A stretch of DNA of 64,000 nucleotides from Malacoraja senta (taxonomy: Eukaryota), in NCBI GenBank assembly GCA_038087875.1, contig JAXLNO010004097.1, forward strand, positions 1 to 64,000, written 5' to 3'. Each line of letters opens with the position of its first letter. Position 1 is the stretch's first letter. The position numbers and the translations under genes were made by a program. Below are positions 34,461 to 46,900 of the stretch, piece by piece. The notes below the pieces were generated by a model that had not been told where the DNA came from, made no database searches, and worked only from the letters and a program-made list of their open reading frames with translations.

Positions 34461-37309
34461 CGTCTCCGTTCTTTTTTTTTAATTTTTTTTTTTATTTTAT
34501 TAGAAGTAAGTACAATTGTATACAATCATATTTTCATAATACCTTTTATGTACAGCTTCTTATTTAAAAAATTTTTTGAAATAAAGAAGAAAAAGAAAAA
34601 AGTTAGATAATGAAAAATAGAAAAATGTGAGATATATAGTGTGTGAAAAAGAAAAATAAAGAATGAAAAAAGAAAGTTGAGACATAGAAAATAGAAGAAA
34701 GAGAGTAAAAGAAAAGAAGAGAAGAAAAGAAAATAGGAGATCATTTATAATCTTGACCATCCGCAGTCACGGATTAGCTTTTACACCTGTTTTGCACCAT
34801 ACGTTTCCAAAAAGACGACAAATGGAGACCAACTCGTTATGAATTGGTCAAATTTATCTATTAGGAGGAATTGCATTTCCTCAAGATGTGCGGTATCCAA
34901 CATACTTGCAATCCACATTTTGAGCGTTGGTATTGGTGTATTTTTCCAAAATTTCAATATTAATTTTTTTGCTATTATTAAACCATAATTAAAAATTGAC
35001 TTTTGAGATGAGCTCAATTTGTTCCCGTCTTCCATTACCCCAAATATAATCAATTCATTATTGGGTTCCATTTTTGTCTTAAATAGTTTTGTAAATATTT
35101 TGAAAATATCACTCCAAAATCCATGAAGTTATATACAAGAAACAAAAGAGTGTGTTATAGTTGCTTCTTGGGTTAAACATTTATCGCAAATGGGCGATAT
35201 ATTTGGATAACATTTATTTAATCTTGTTTTTGAGTAATATAATCTATGTAAAATTTTAAATTGGATTAGATTATGTCTTGCGTTAATCGAACACTTGTGA
35301 ATGTATGTCAAATACTTTTCCCATGTAGCCTTCGTAATTGTTATCAATAATTCCCGTTCCCACTCTTCTCTAATTACCTCGGTCACAGGTAAATCTATAT
35401 TTAAGATATTATTATATAAATATGATATTAATTTTTGTGTATCAGCTTTTATATTCATTACTTCTTCTAGTAAATCAGGAGTTATTTTTTGATATCCCTG
35501 TATGTATGTCTTCAAAAAATTACAAATCTGAAAATATTTAAAATAATGAGTGTTTTTCAGTTTAAATTTTAATTATAATTGTTGAAATGATAATTAATCT
35601 CCCATTTCATACATATCCCCGATCCTTTTAATTCCTAAACTTTCCCATTGATTATATATTTTATCCATCATAGATGGTTTAAATAAAGGATTATTCGCTA
35701 TCGGTGTTAACAATGATAGGTTTCTTAATTTTAAGGATAATTTTATTTGTTTCCATATTCTTATTGTATCTTGTATAATTGGGTTTTTCTTATATATTGT
35801 ATTGTTCATTTTTTTCGGGGAGAAGAGGATTGTTCCTATATTACAAGGGTAACAATCCTCTTTCTCCATTTTTATCCATTCTGTCTGTTGAGTTGAACTA
35901 TCCAACCAGTAAATTTTACTTCGGAGTCACGTGAGTGACTACGTGAAGAAGCCCGTCAGTGCGCCTGCGCGTCATTACGTCAGACGCCTTGACGCAAACG
36001 GACGTGAGGAGCAGTGCTCCTCGAGTGGTTTGTAGTTTTTCAACTACAAGGTAAGTAAAAACTTTTTTACAGGTTTTCCAGGTCCGTTTACTGTGGGTCT
36101 ATGGCGATTTTTTCCACAGACGCCATGGGAAAAAACGGACAGGGGGAAGAGGCGAGCGACATAGCCGACAGAAGTCGGGAAAGTCGGGAGTCCGCGGTTA
36201 GAGACCAACCGCCTCTAAACCCCGGTACAGTCGCCAGCGGTGAGCATAGCGACTGTGGACCTGGGGCTGGTGAAAACACAGTCAGTGCCTGTCGGGCAAA
36301 AGACAAAGTTTAAATCCCAACGGAGGGAGTCCCAGGCAATGAAGAAGCTCCAGGGCTAGATACTGCTTTAGAGCGTATTGCCCAAATAGAAAGCCTTTTA
36401 CACAGGCTGTTGGAGCAACGTTCACTCAGTGAGGAGTGTTCTGAAAGCCAAGCTGCTGCAAACAGCTCAAACAGCTCCTGGTACAGGGCTAGATACTGCT
36501 TTCGAGCGTATTGCCCAAATAGAAGCCTTTTTCATAGGTTGTTGGAGCAAAAGTTCACTCAGGAAGGAGTGTACTGTAATCCAAGCTGCAGGAGCAGCTT
36601 AACAGCACCTGGCTCAGGGCTGATGGAATGCACCCTCAGGAATGAGGAGCGTGCTACGGGTCATGAGATTTCAGACCCCGACTCTGACGGTGAGGCTGTA
36701 CAAGGCGATGAAAGGCAGCTGCCAGATGTTCCAACCCTGGTAGTAGGATTCGCTGCCCCGTCAGGGTCAGGAGAGCCATTAGGAAGAGCTGGCCTCCTTA
36801 ATAAATTACTTGGTTTACCATTAGCTGGAACAGCATGAAATGGATGAGACTGCAAGAGTATCTGGAATCAGTTGCAGAGAATATTAAAGCTGCTGGGTTC
36901 TGGAATAACTGCTTTTACCAGAATAGCAGGTAACAACCAAAAGATGACGAAGTTGCATCAGCAAGCACTGGGGTTGCTATGCAGCACCCACTTCGAGAAG
37001 TGCTATACGGTCTACTATGAATCCGAAATTCGCAGCACTCTGCAAACCAAGTAATATACAAATTACCCAACTTACTCTTTGGAGAGATCTCGGGAGACGT
37101 ATTAAAGAGTTGGAAGATGAAGCGAAAACAGGATTGATGAAGACATCAATGGTTGTGAAGTCTGTAAAGAGGAAGTATCCTTTCAGACGTCATACGGATC
37201 CTGGACCAAGTCGCTCATCAACGCAGGGACGTAGTTGGCGGCCTGCAGCGGGAGCAAGAACCAGTGGGCGTGCTTCCGGGAGAACCCAGGAATCTCAGGG
37301 TACTGAAAT

Positions 37310-39227
37310 GACTCAAGAGGTAGGTGGACCTGGTTCTCATGGGAACATACTAACTGGATTAAGTCCAAAAGTTGGAGGCAGGTTACATTTCTTCTATAAT
37401 AATTGGAAGAAAATTACTTCAGATGTGGTAATCCTGAATAATATACAAGGATTTCGAATTGAATTCAATCCAAATTATGATTTGCCTGTTCAGCATGTTC
37501 CTAGCCGAACTCTGCACTTTGTACAAAAAGAAGTGATGGAGGTTCAGGTTGCAATTGAAACCCTATATAAAAAAAAAAAATTTTAAAAAGGGGTTATTGA
37601 AAAATCAGTCTACCAAAGTCACCAATTTGTGTCAAAAATATTCCCTCGATCAAAAAAGGATGGAGGATGTAGGATTCTTGTAGATTTGATAAATCTGAAT
37701 CCTTTTGTGCAATTTAGACATTTTAAAATGGAAACATTTGTGACTGCCAAACAGCTTATTTCAGAAGCATGTTATATGGCAACTATAGACTTGAAAGATG
37801 CATATTATTCAGTGTCTGTTCATTCAGAAGATAAGAAGTATCTTAAATTTAAATGGATGAACCAGTTGTGGCAGTTCAAAGCTCTGCCTAATGGGTTAAT
37901 ATCTGCACTCAGAATATTCACAAACATTTTTTAAACCAATTCTGGGCTTGCTGAGTAGCCAGGGGCATGTACTAATGGCATATTTGGATGATGTCTTGAT
38001 TATAGGAAAGACAAAACAGTCAACAGAAGTGTCTGTTGCAGTTGTGAAATCAACTTTTGAAAAGTTGGGGTTTCTAATTCATCCACAGAAATCTAGGTTA
38101 ACACCATGTACCTCTATTAATTATTTGGGGTTCACAATTGATTCAGTCCAAATGAATATCACTTTGCCCAGGGAAAAGGGTGGATTTGATTAAAGATTGC
38201 AGTAATCTCCTAAACGAGCAAAAACCTTCAATTAGACAGGTGGCTCGTGTACTGGGAAAATTAGTAGCAGCATTCCCAGCAGTCCAATTTGGACCATTAC
38301 ATTATCAACAGCTGCAGAGACTTAAAGAACAGGCACCGAGAATGCATGTTGGTCATTTTGATAGAACCATGCAACTAACAACAAATGCTGTTTCTGGTCT
38401 GCAGTGGTGGATTCTACATGTCTCAAGCAGTTCCAGCAAAGTGCTGATTGAACAACCTTCCATGATATTACAAACTGATGCCAGTGCACCAGGATGGGGT
38501 GCAACTGACTTAACGTCTAGCTGAGGAGGCAGATGGAATCAGGAAGAGTCATTGTTACTACAGACATGGGGAATTAACTATTTGGAGCTTCTAGGATGTT
38601 TCTATGGGCTCCAAGCTTATTGTTCTAACACAACTAATAAGCATGTTCAAGTTCAAATTGATAACACAACAGTAGTTGTTTATATTAATGATATGGAATT
38701 AAGTCGGTGTCTTGTGACAAAATGGTTAATCAACTTTGGGCTTGGTGTATTGAAAAGAACATTTGGATTTCAGCTATCTATCTACCAGGTAGAATGAACG
38801 ATAGCAGACACCAAGTCACGAAAAGTTCCATGATAATAAAGAATGGATGTTGAATAAAGAGGTATTCAATGATATAGTCATCGGATTTGGAATGACCGAC
38901 ATCGACTTGAATCATCAGCTATCGAGATATGTCTCATGGAAACCAGATCCAGGAGCAGTGGCGATTGATGCTTTCTCGCTACATTGGGGTGGTATGTTTT
39001 CATATATATTTCCACCTTTCTGCCTCATAAGCCAATGTTTGCTTAAAATCAGGCAAGATGCTGCTTCAAGGGTATTGGTAGTACCAGATTGGCCTACACA
39101 GCCATGGTATCCGTTGATATTAGAATTAACAACACAAATGTTGATGAAAGTCCCAAAAAATAGTAATTTATTGCTGCTCCCTGTACAGGGGAACAACATC
39201 CATTATATGATCGTTTGGATTTGTTGA
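37310..39227 (+). pseudogene. DIRS RT / RNase H / DNA adenine methyltransferase-like region, frameshifted
   Basis: ORF pieces 37629-37934, 37948-38193, 38180-38524, 38552-38797 and 38847-39227. Confidence 0.88.
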
Positions 39228-39244
39228 TTTGCAGGTTTTAACAA

Positions 39245-40206
39245 TGCCTTTTCTGGGACGAGGACTGTCTGAGCATATTGTGGACATGCTTACGGCAGCC
39301 TGGAGGAAGAGCGCTCAAAAACAGTACCTTTCTTATATTAAGAAATGGGAAAAGTTCTGGGTACAAAAGAATGTGCAATAAAGTACTGCAGGTATTTCAA
39401 ATGTTTAGAATTTCTGTCAAAACTTTATTATGATGAAGGTCTGAGTTGTGGTGCAATTAATTCAGCCAGAAGTGCATTGTCCTCATATTTGGTTCTGGAT
39501 TCAGAAAGAAACTCAATTGGGTCACACCCAATTGTTTCCAGACTAATGAAAGGAATCTTTAATTCCAAACCACCGAAACCTAGGTACGTGACAATCTGGG
39601 ATGTAAGTGTGGTACTGAAACTACTTCGTGATGGTTATCAAGTGTGTCTTTACCTTTGGTCAAGCTCAGTATGAAAGTATTCATGTTTATGGCATGAGTG
39701 ACAGCACAACGAGTGCAAACACTTGGAAAATTACAAATAGATAGTATGGAAGTAACTGAAGACAAGGTTACATTCTATATCTATGACCTAATAAAGCAAA
39801 TTAGGCCAGGTGTGACAGGATTTAAAATTATGCTGGCAGCATATCCAAATGATCCAGGTCTTTGTATTAAGACATATTTATTACAATACATTGAGGTCAC
39901 AAAGAATTTGAGAATACGGAAACTGGGTTTTTGATCACACACAAGAAACCACACAAGAGAGTTTCAATACAGACTATTTCCAGATGGATAAAAGAAGTCT
40001 TAACAGCTGCTGGTATTAACACTTATGTTTTTACGTCTCACTCTATTAGGGCAGCAGAAATGTTGGCGGCCAGGGCAAAAGACGGCCCCGTCGACCATAT
40101 CCTCGCAGCCGCCGGGTGGTCCAATGAGTTGATGTTTCAACATTTTTACCATCGGCCTATTGTTAATGCGGGGTTGTTTGCAGAAACTATTTTAAGTTCT
40201 GTGTAA
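39245..40206 (+). pseudogene. DIRS tyrosine recombinase, disrupted
   Basis: INSARSALS, TAQRVQTL, TISRWIK, HSIRAA, AAGWS...FQHFYHRP spread over three ORF pieces. Confidence 0.88.
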
Positions 40207-43200
40207 ATTCCTCTGGTTTAAAGGGGATCTGATTCATTTCATTCTTGAAATGAATTACTGCATTTGTGGTACAAATGTTATTATGAATGCATGATTGATT
40301 ATTCTCGTTCCGAGTCAATCTATGCAGTGAGAAGCCGGGATTGATCCACGGCATGAAATCACAAAGCTTTAAAATCTTCACGTAGTCACTCACGTGACTC
40401 CGAAGTAAAATAGTAAGATTAAACGAGAACTTACCTAAGTTTGAAGTTTGATCTTTATTTTATGAGGAGTTACGTAGGTGATTACGTGCCCGCCACGACC
40501 CTACCCTCTATCATAAAGGTCAGATGGAAGTTCTTGTATTACTCGTTTTAGTATGAGACTATATTACTTCGGTTCTTGTTTTTTGTGATTTCACACCGCT
40601 GCTTTGAAGATTGACGCGCAGGCGCACTGACGGGCTTCTTCACGTAATCACCTACGTAACTCCTCATAAAATAAAGATCAAACTTCAAACTTAGGTAAGT
40701 TCTCGTTTAATCTTACTATTATATTCTTAATATGTATTGCCCAATAGTAATACAAAAAATTAGGGAGTGAAAGTCCCCCGACATCTTTTGGTTTACATAA
40801 GTGTTCTTTTTTAATTCTATGTGATTTGTAATCCCAAACAAAATTAGTAATATTAGCGTTCAGTTTAGAAAAAAAATATTTTGGTACATATACTGGTATA
40901 GATTGAAATAGGTATAATAACTGTGGTAGGAAGCTCATTTTAATAGCATTTATTCTGCCTATTAATGATAAAGGGAGTGTTTTCCAAAATTTTATCATTA
41001 TATTAAGTTTATTTATTAAGGGTATAAAATTAGCATTGAATAAAGCTTTATGTTTTCTAGTAATCTGTATACCCAGATATTTGAATTTTTCTGTTGCTAT
41101 TTTAAAGGGGAATTTCAATAAGTGTGTGGATTCTTGAGGTTTTAACGTCATAATTTCACTTTTGTTCCAGTTTATTCTATATCCTGAAAAGGACCCAAAT
41201 TCCTCTATTAAATTTAATAAATTTGGTATGCTCGTTTGTGAATTTGTTATATATAACAAAATATCGTCTGCATACAATGAAATTTTATTATTTGAGTCCC
41301 TAGTATTATAACCCTGATTATTCGGATGGCTTCTTATACTTTCAGCCAGAGGTTCTATCATAAGGGCAAATAGCAGGGGTGATAAAGCACATCCCTGCCT
41401 ATTACCTCTTGATAATTGAAATTTTTGAGATAACATGCTGTTAGTTAATATTCTTGCCATCGGTTTATCATATAATAATTTCACCCATGCAATAAAATTC
41501 TCTCCCATATTAAATTTTTGTAATACTATGTATAAATACTGCCATTCTACCTGATCAAATGCTTTCTCTGCATCCAAAGAAATAATTGCTAAGTCTTTTT
41601 CTTCCTTTTTATGTGAGTACATTATATTAAACAGGCGTCTCAAATTATTAAATGAATATCTTTTGGGTATAAATCCCATTTGATCAGGGTTTATCAATTT
41701 ATTAATATATTTGCTTAGTCTTCTAGCTAAAGTCTTTGCAAGAATTTTCTGGTCGGTATTTAAAAGTGATATAGCTCTATATGAGCCCGGTTCCTCTAGA
41801 TCTTTATCTTTCTTTGGAATAAGCGTAATAGTTAATTCTGCTAATGTTTCAGGTAATTTATTTTCTTTAAAAACGTGAGTATATAAATTAAATAGATAGG
41901 GGGTCGTTATCTCATGAAACTTTTTATAAAATTCATTACTAAAACCATCTGGTCCCGGTGTCTTACCATTTTTCAGCAATTTTATTGTTTCACCTATTTC
42001 TTCGATTGTAATTTGCGCTCCTAGTTCTTCTTGTTCCAAAAGGTCAAGTTTTGGTAGATTACATTTATCTAAAAAGTTTGTAATTTTACTATCTTCTATT
42101 TTGGTTTTTGATGTGTATAAATTTTGATAAAATTGAACAAATCTTTTATTGATATCTTTAGGTAGTGTTAGTAATTCACCATTCTCGGATTTAATTTTAT
42201 TTATAGTATTTTCCTTTTCCTGTTTTTTCAATTGACACGCCAACAGCTTATGTGGTTTGTCACCAAACTCAAAATGTTCCTGTTTTGTAATTTGGAGTAA
42301 TCTTATTACTCTTGCCGAGAGAATTCGGTTAAGTTTAAATTTCAGTAGTATTATCTTATTATGTTTATCTATAGTGGGATCTTTAGCATTATCTAACTCT
42401 AACTGTCTTATTTCTTGTTCTAACAGCATCTGTTTTATTCTTCTTATTTTGAAAAATTTCATATGAAATTATAATTCCTCTAATAAATGCTTTAAAAGTT
42501 TCCCATATTAAAGAAGGTGAGGTACCTGGTGTATCATTTATCTCAAAAAATGATATCATTTGTTGTTTCAAATATTGATAACCCTGTAAGTCATTTAATA
42601 TATATGTGTTAAACCTCCAAAAAAAATTCTTTCCCGGCATTCCTTCAAATTTTACTAAAAAAGTCAATGGAGAGTGATCAGAAATACTACTAATATGGTA
42701 AGTTGGGTTAGTTATATATGGCATTAATTTCCTATCCACTAAAAAATAATCAATTCTTGAGTATGTTTTATGTACCGAAGAGTAAAACGAGTATTCCCTT
42801 CCTGCTGGGTTAGCAGATCTCCATACATCTGTTATGTTAGTATTTTTTATATATGTATTTAGAAATTCACTAGTCTTAGATTTTGTATTACTCCTTCTTT
42901 GGTTTGCTGATTTGTCTAAGTAAGGATCTAAAACACAGTTGAAATCCCCTCCTATTATGACATTTTGATAATTAAACTCCAGTATTATATCTATAATTTT
43001 CTCAAAAAATTGAGGGTTATCAAAATTCGGAGCGTAAATATTTACCATAGTTATTGGGGTAGCATAAATTTCTCCCGAAACTATGATATACCTTCCCTCT
43101 TTATCAGATATAGTATTCTTTAATTTGAACAGTATACCTTTTCGAATAAGAATAGCCGTACCTCTAGATTTAGAAGTAAATGGCGAATAATATGTTTGGC

Positions 43201-43609
43201 CTATACACTTCGCCTTTAATCTCATTTGTGTTTCCTGTTTCATGTGAGTTTCTTGCAAGTAGATTATGTCACTTTTCAAAGACTTTAGGTGAGCAAAAAT
43301 TTTACCCCTCTTTATTGGTTCATTGGCACCCCTTATATTCCAACTACAGAATGTGATTCCTCCATTCTTTATTTGCCTATCGTCTTGCATTGTGTATCAA
43401 AGTGATGTTCTTGAAACATATGGTGCAAACAAATACCTCCGTGTTCTAGATGGTGGGTGGTCATTCCAAATTTTAAAGTTTACATTACATCTCCATCTCC
43501 AAAAGTGCCTTAGATAAAGCAAGAAACGTTGTGATTTACAATTAATTAAGTGATTTAAAAAAAAAAGTGAAATTAAGGTATCTAAAAGCAGATTAAGGTA
43601 TCTCCGTTC

Positions 43610-43900
43610 TAAATGGCTTACTCCTTATTCTTAAACTGTGTGTGGCCCCTGGTTCTGGAGTACCCCAACATCGGGAACATGTTTCCTGCCTCTAGCGTGT
43701 CCAAACCCTTATTAATCTTATATGTTTCAATAAGATGCCCTCTCATCCTTCTAAACTCCAGAGTGTACAAGCCCAGCCGCTCCATTCTCTCAGCATATGA
43801 CAGTCCCGCCATCTCGGGAATTAACCTGGTAAACCTACGCGGTGCTCTCTCAATAGCAAGAATGTCCTTCCTCAAATTAGGGGACCAAAACTGCACACAA
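43610..43900 (-). mobile_element. CR1 RT C-terminal fragment
   Basis: [29 protein letters not shown] in ORF 43618-43944. Confidence 0.85.
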
Positions 43901-43984
43901 TAACCATATAACCATATAACAATTACAGCACGGAAACATGCCATCTCGGCCCTTCAAGTCCATGCCGAACACTTTTTCTCCCCT

Positions 43985-46900
43985 AGTCCCATCTACCTGC
44001 ACTCAGACCATAACCCTCCATTCCTTTCTCGTCCATATACCCATCCAATCTATTTTTAAATAATAAAATCGAACCTGCCTCCACCACTTCCACTGGAAGC
44101 TCATTCCACACAGCTACCACTCTCTGAGTAAAGAAGTTCCCCCTAATGTTACCCCTAAACTTCTGTCCCTTAATTCTCAAGTCATGTCCTCTTGTTTGAA
44201 TCTTACCTACTCTCAATGGGAAAAGCTTATCCACGTCAACTCTGTCTATCCCTCTCATCATTTTAAAAACCTCTATCAAGTCCCCCCTTAACCTTCTGCG
44301 CTCCAAAGAATAAAGACCTAACTTGTTCAGCCTTTCTCTGTAATTTAATTGCTGAAACCCAGGCACCATTCTCGTAAATCTCCTCTGTACTCTCTCTATT
44401 TTGTTGACATCCTTCCTATAATTAGGTGACCAAAATGTACTCCATACTCCAGAATTGGCCTCACCAATGCCTTGTACAATTTTAACATTACATCCTAACT
44501 TCTATACTCAATGCTCTGATTTATAAAGGCCAGCACACCAAAAGCTTTCTTTACCTATCTACATGAGATTCCACCTTCAGGGAACTATGCACAGTTATTC
44601 CTAGATCCCTCTGTTCAACTGCATTCCTCAATTCGCTACCATTTACCATGTACGTCCTATTTTGATTTGTCCTGCCAAGATGTAGCACCTCACATTTATC
44701 AGCATTAAACTCCATCTGCCATCTTTCCAATTGGCCTAAATCTCTCTGTAGACTTTGCAAATTTGCAATTTATCTTTCAAAACTGGTGTATTTCCATGTA
44801 AAATGAAAACTGCCAAAGTCATCCCACTATACAAAGCTGGAGACAGAAATCAATTTACAAATTACAGGCCGGTGTCGTTACTCTCTCAGTTCTCAAAAAT
44901 ATTAGAAAAACTATATGTAAGTAGATTAGATAACTTTATCGAGAAGCACGAATTGCTAGTTGATAGTCAATATGGATTCAGGTCAAACAGATTGACAACC
45001 ATGGCATTAATGGAGTTAATTGAAGACATTACCAGTTCTATAGATAACAAGAAATATGCAGTGGGTGTATTTATAGATTTGAAAAAAGCATTCTATACAA
45101 TTGATCATCATTTGCTAATCAAAAAACTGGAAAAGTATGGAATCAGAGGGGTTGTACTAGAGTGGATGAGAAGCTACATAAGTAAAATACATCAGTTTGT
45201 GCAAAGGGGACTGCAAATCAACATGCTTAGAAATAACTTGTGGAGTCCCACAGGGGTCGGTTTTGGGCCCCAAATTATTTATTTTGTATATTAATGATAT
45301 ATGTAGGGTGTCAAACGTCTTGAAATTTGTGTTATTTGCAGATGACACTAATATTTTCTATGATGGGGACAATTTGCAGCAGCTTTTGGAGGTGGTCACA
45401 GCAGAAATGAGTAAACTAAAAACATGGTTTGATTTGAATAAATTATCATTAAATTTAAACAAAACCAAACTTATGCTGTTTGGAAAACGCAAAATAAATA
45501 CACAAGTAAAAGTAATGATAAATAATGTTGAAATAGAAAGAGTGTATGAAAATACATTTCTGGGTGTGATTCTTGATCACAAAATCTGCTGGAAACCCCA
45601 TATAAAACATATGAGAGCAAAAGTAGCACGGAGTATTGGAGTGATGGGGAAAGCAAGGCATGTTTTGAATGAGAGAGCACTGTATATTCTGTACAGCTCA
45701 CTTGTGTTACCGTATTTAAATTACTGTGTGGAAGTATGGGGCGACACCTACAAAACCACCTTACAATCACTAAGCACACTACAAAAAAGAGCTATTCGTA
45801 TAGTAAACACTGTAGGATATCATGAACACAACAATATACTATATTTAAAATTACGCACCTTAAAGATTAAGGATCTGGTAGAATTTAAGACTGCACAAAT
45901 AATTTATAAAGCAAAAAATAAACTGCTACCTGTAAACATACAAAAACTGTTCAAAGGCAGAGAGGGGGGGTTATAACTTTAGAGGGAAACTAAACTTGAA
46001 ACAGCATTATGCTCGGACCAATTTAAAAAGTATGTGTATTTCCATTTGTGGGGTGGTTTTGTGGAATGGTCTTGACGAAACGATTAAACAAAGTATGAAT
46101 ATAGTGCAATTTAAAAAAATGTACAAAAGATATATCTTTGAAAAGTACAGTAATGAGGAAGGAGAATGTAAATCTCACAGATGTTAATGGTGCTTGTTCT
46201 TTGTGTTCTTTTCTTTTTTTATTCTTTTTTTCTTAATAGCTTGATTGGAGTAGTTTTTTTTGAATTGTCTGTTTATTTTATTTTATTGAATGTTGCATTT
46301 GTTAATGGTGAAGAATGGGGGTAGGACTTGACAAGCATAGGCTTCTTCCTATCCCTTTTCGAACGAGTCTAATGTGTATTATGTTCAAATTGGCTTTTGA
46401 TTATTTNNNNNNNNNNNNNNNNNNNNNNNNNNNNNNNNNNNNNNNNNNNNNNNNNNNNNNNNNNNNNNNNNNNNNNNNNNNNNNNNNNNNNNNNNNNNNN
46501 NNNNNNNNNNNNNNNNNNNNNNNNNNNNNNNNNNNNNNNNNNNNNNNNNNNATTGTTCATTATCATCTTTTCTTTTCTACTTGTTTTGATCGTTCGAAAT
46601 AAAAATTAAAAAAATTAAAATAATAAAAATTTAAAAAAATCTATTTCATTATCCACAACACCACCTATCTTAGTATTATCTGCATACTTACTAATCCAAT
46701 TTTCCACACCATCATCCAGATCATTGATGTACATGACAAACAACAGTGGACCCAACACAGACCCCTGAGGCACCCCACTAGTCACTGGCCTCCAACCTGA
46801 CAAACAGCCATCCACCATTACACTCTGGCATCTCCCATTCAGCCACTGTTGAATCCATCATGCTACTCCACCATTAATACCCAACAATTGAATCTTCTTA

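Larger units (their letters stand above)
35914..40718 (+). mobile_element. DIRS1-type tyrosine-recombinase retrotransposon, 4805 bp, coding-defective
   Basis: Inverted repeat 35940-35974 / 40612-40646; ICR 40375-40488; gag remnant; RT (HFKME, IDLKDAY, YLDD); RNase H (TDAS, LELL, DNTT); methyltransferase-like domain (DAF..FPPF..W..QPWYP); YR (HSIR..AAGW..F..FY). Confidence 0.95.
34470..43560 (-). mobile_element. L1-clade LINE (ORF2, 3' UTR and poly-A), interrupted by the DIRS element at 35914-40718
   Basis: Endonuclease 42389-43390 (SWNIRG, LQETH, GGDFN, SRIDY, SDHSP); RT 40719-42462 (PGPDGF, LDAEKAFD, RQGCALSP, YADD); Cys-rich tail CDKC...HSFVSC at 35129-35515; T-run at 34470-34500. The frame rejoins across the DIRS as KNIIYWLDS. 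Confidence 0.93.

Noticed and set aside
38847-39227. DNA adenine methyltransferase-like ORF as bacterial contamination or gene transfer
   Set aside because: A methyltransferase-like domain downstream of RNase H is a known component of DIRS1 elements.
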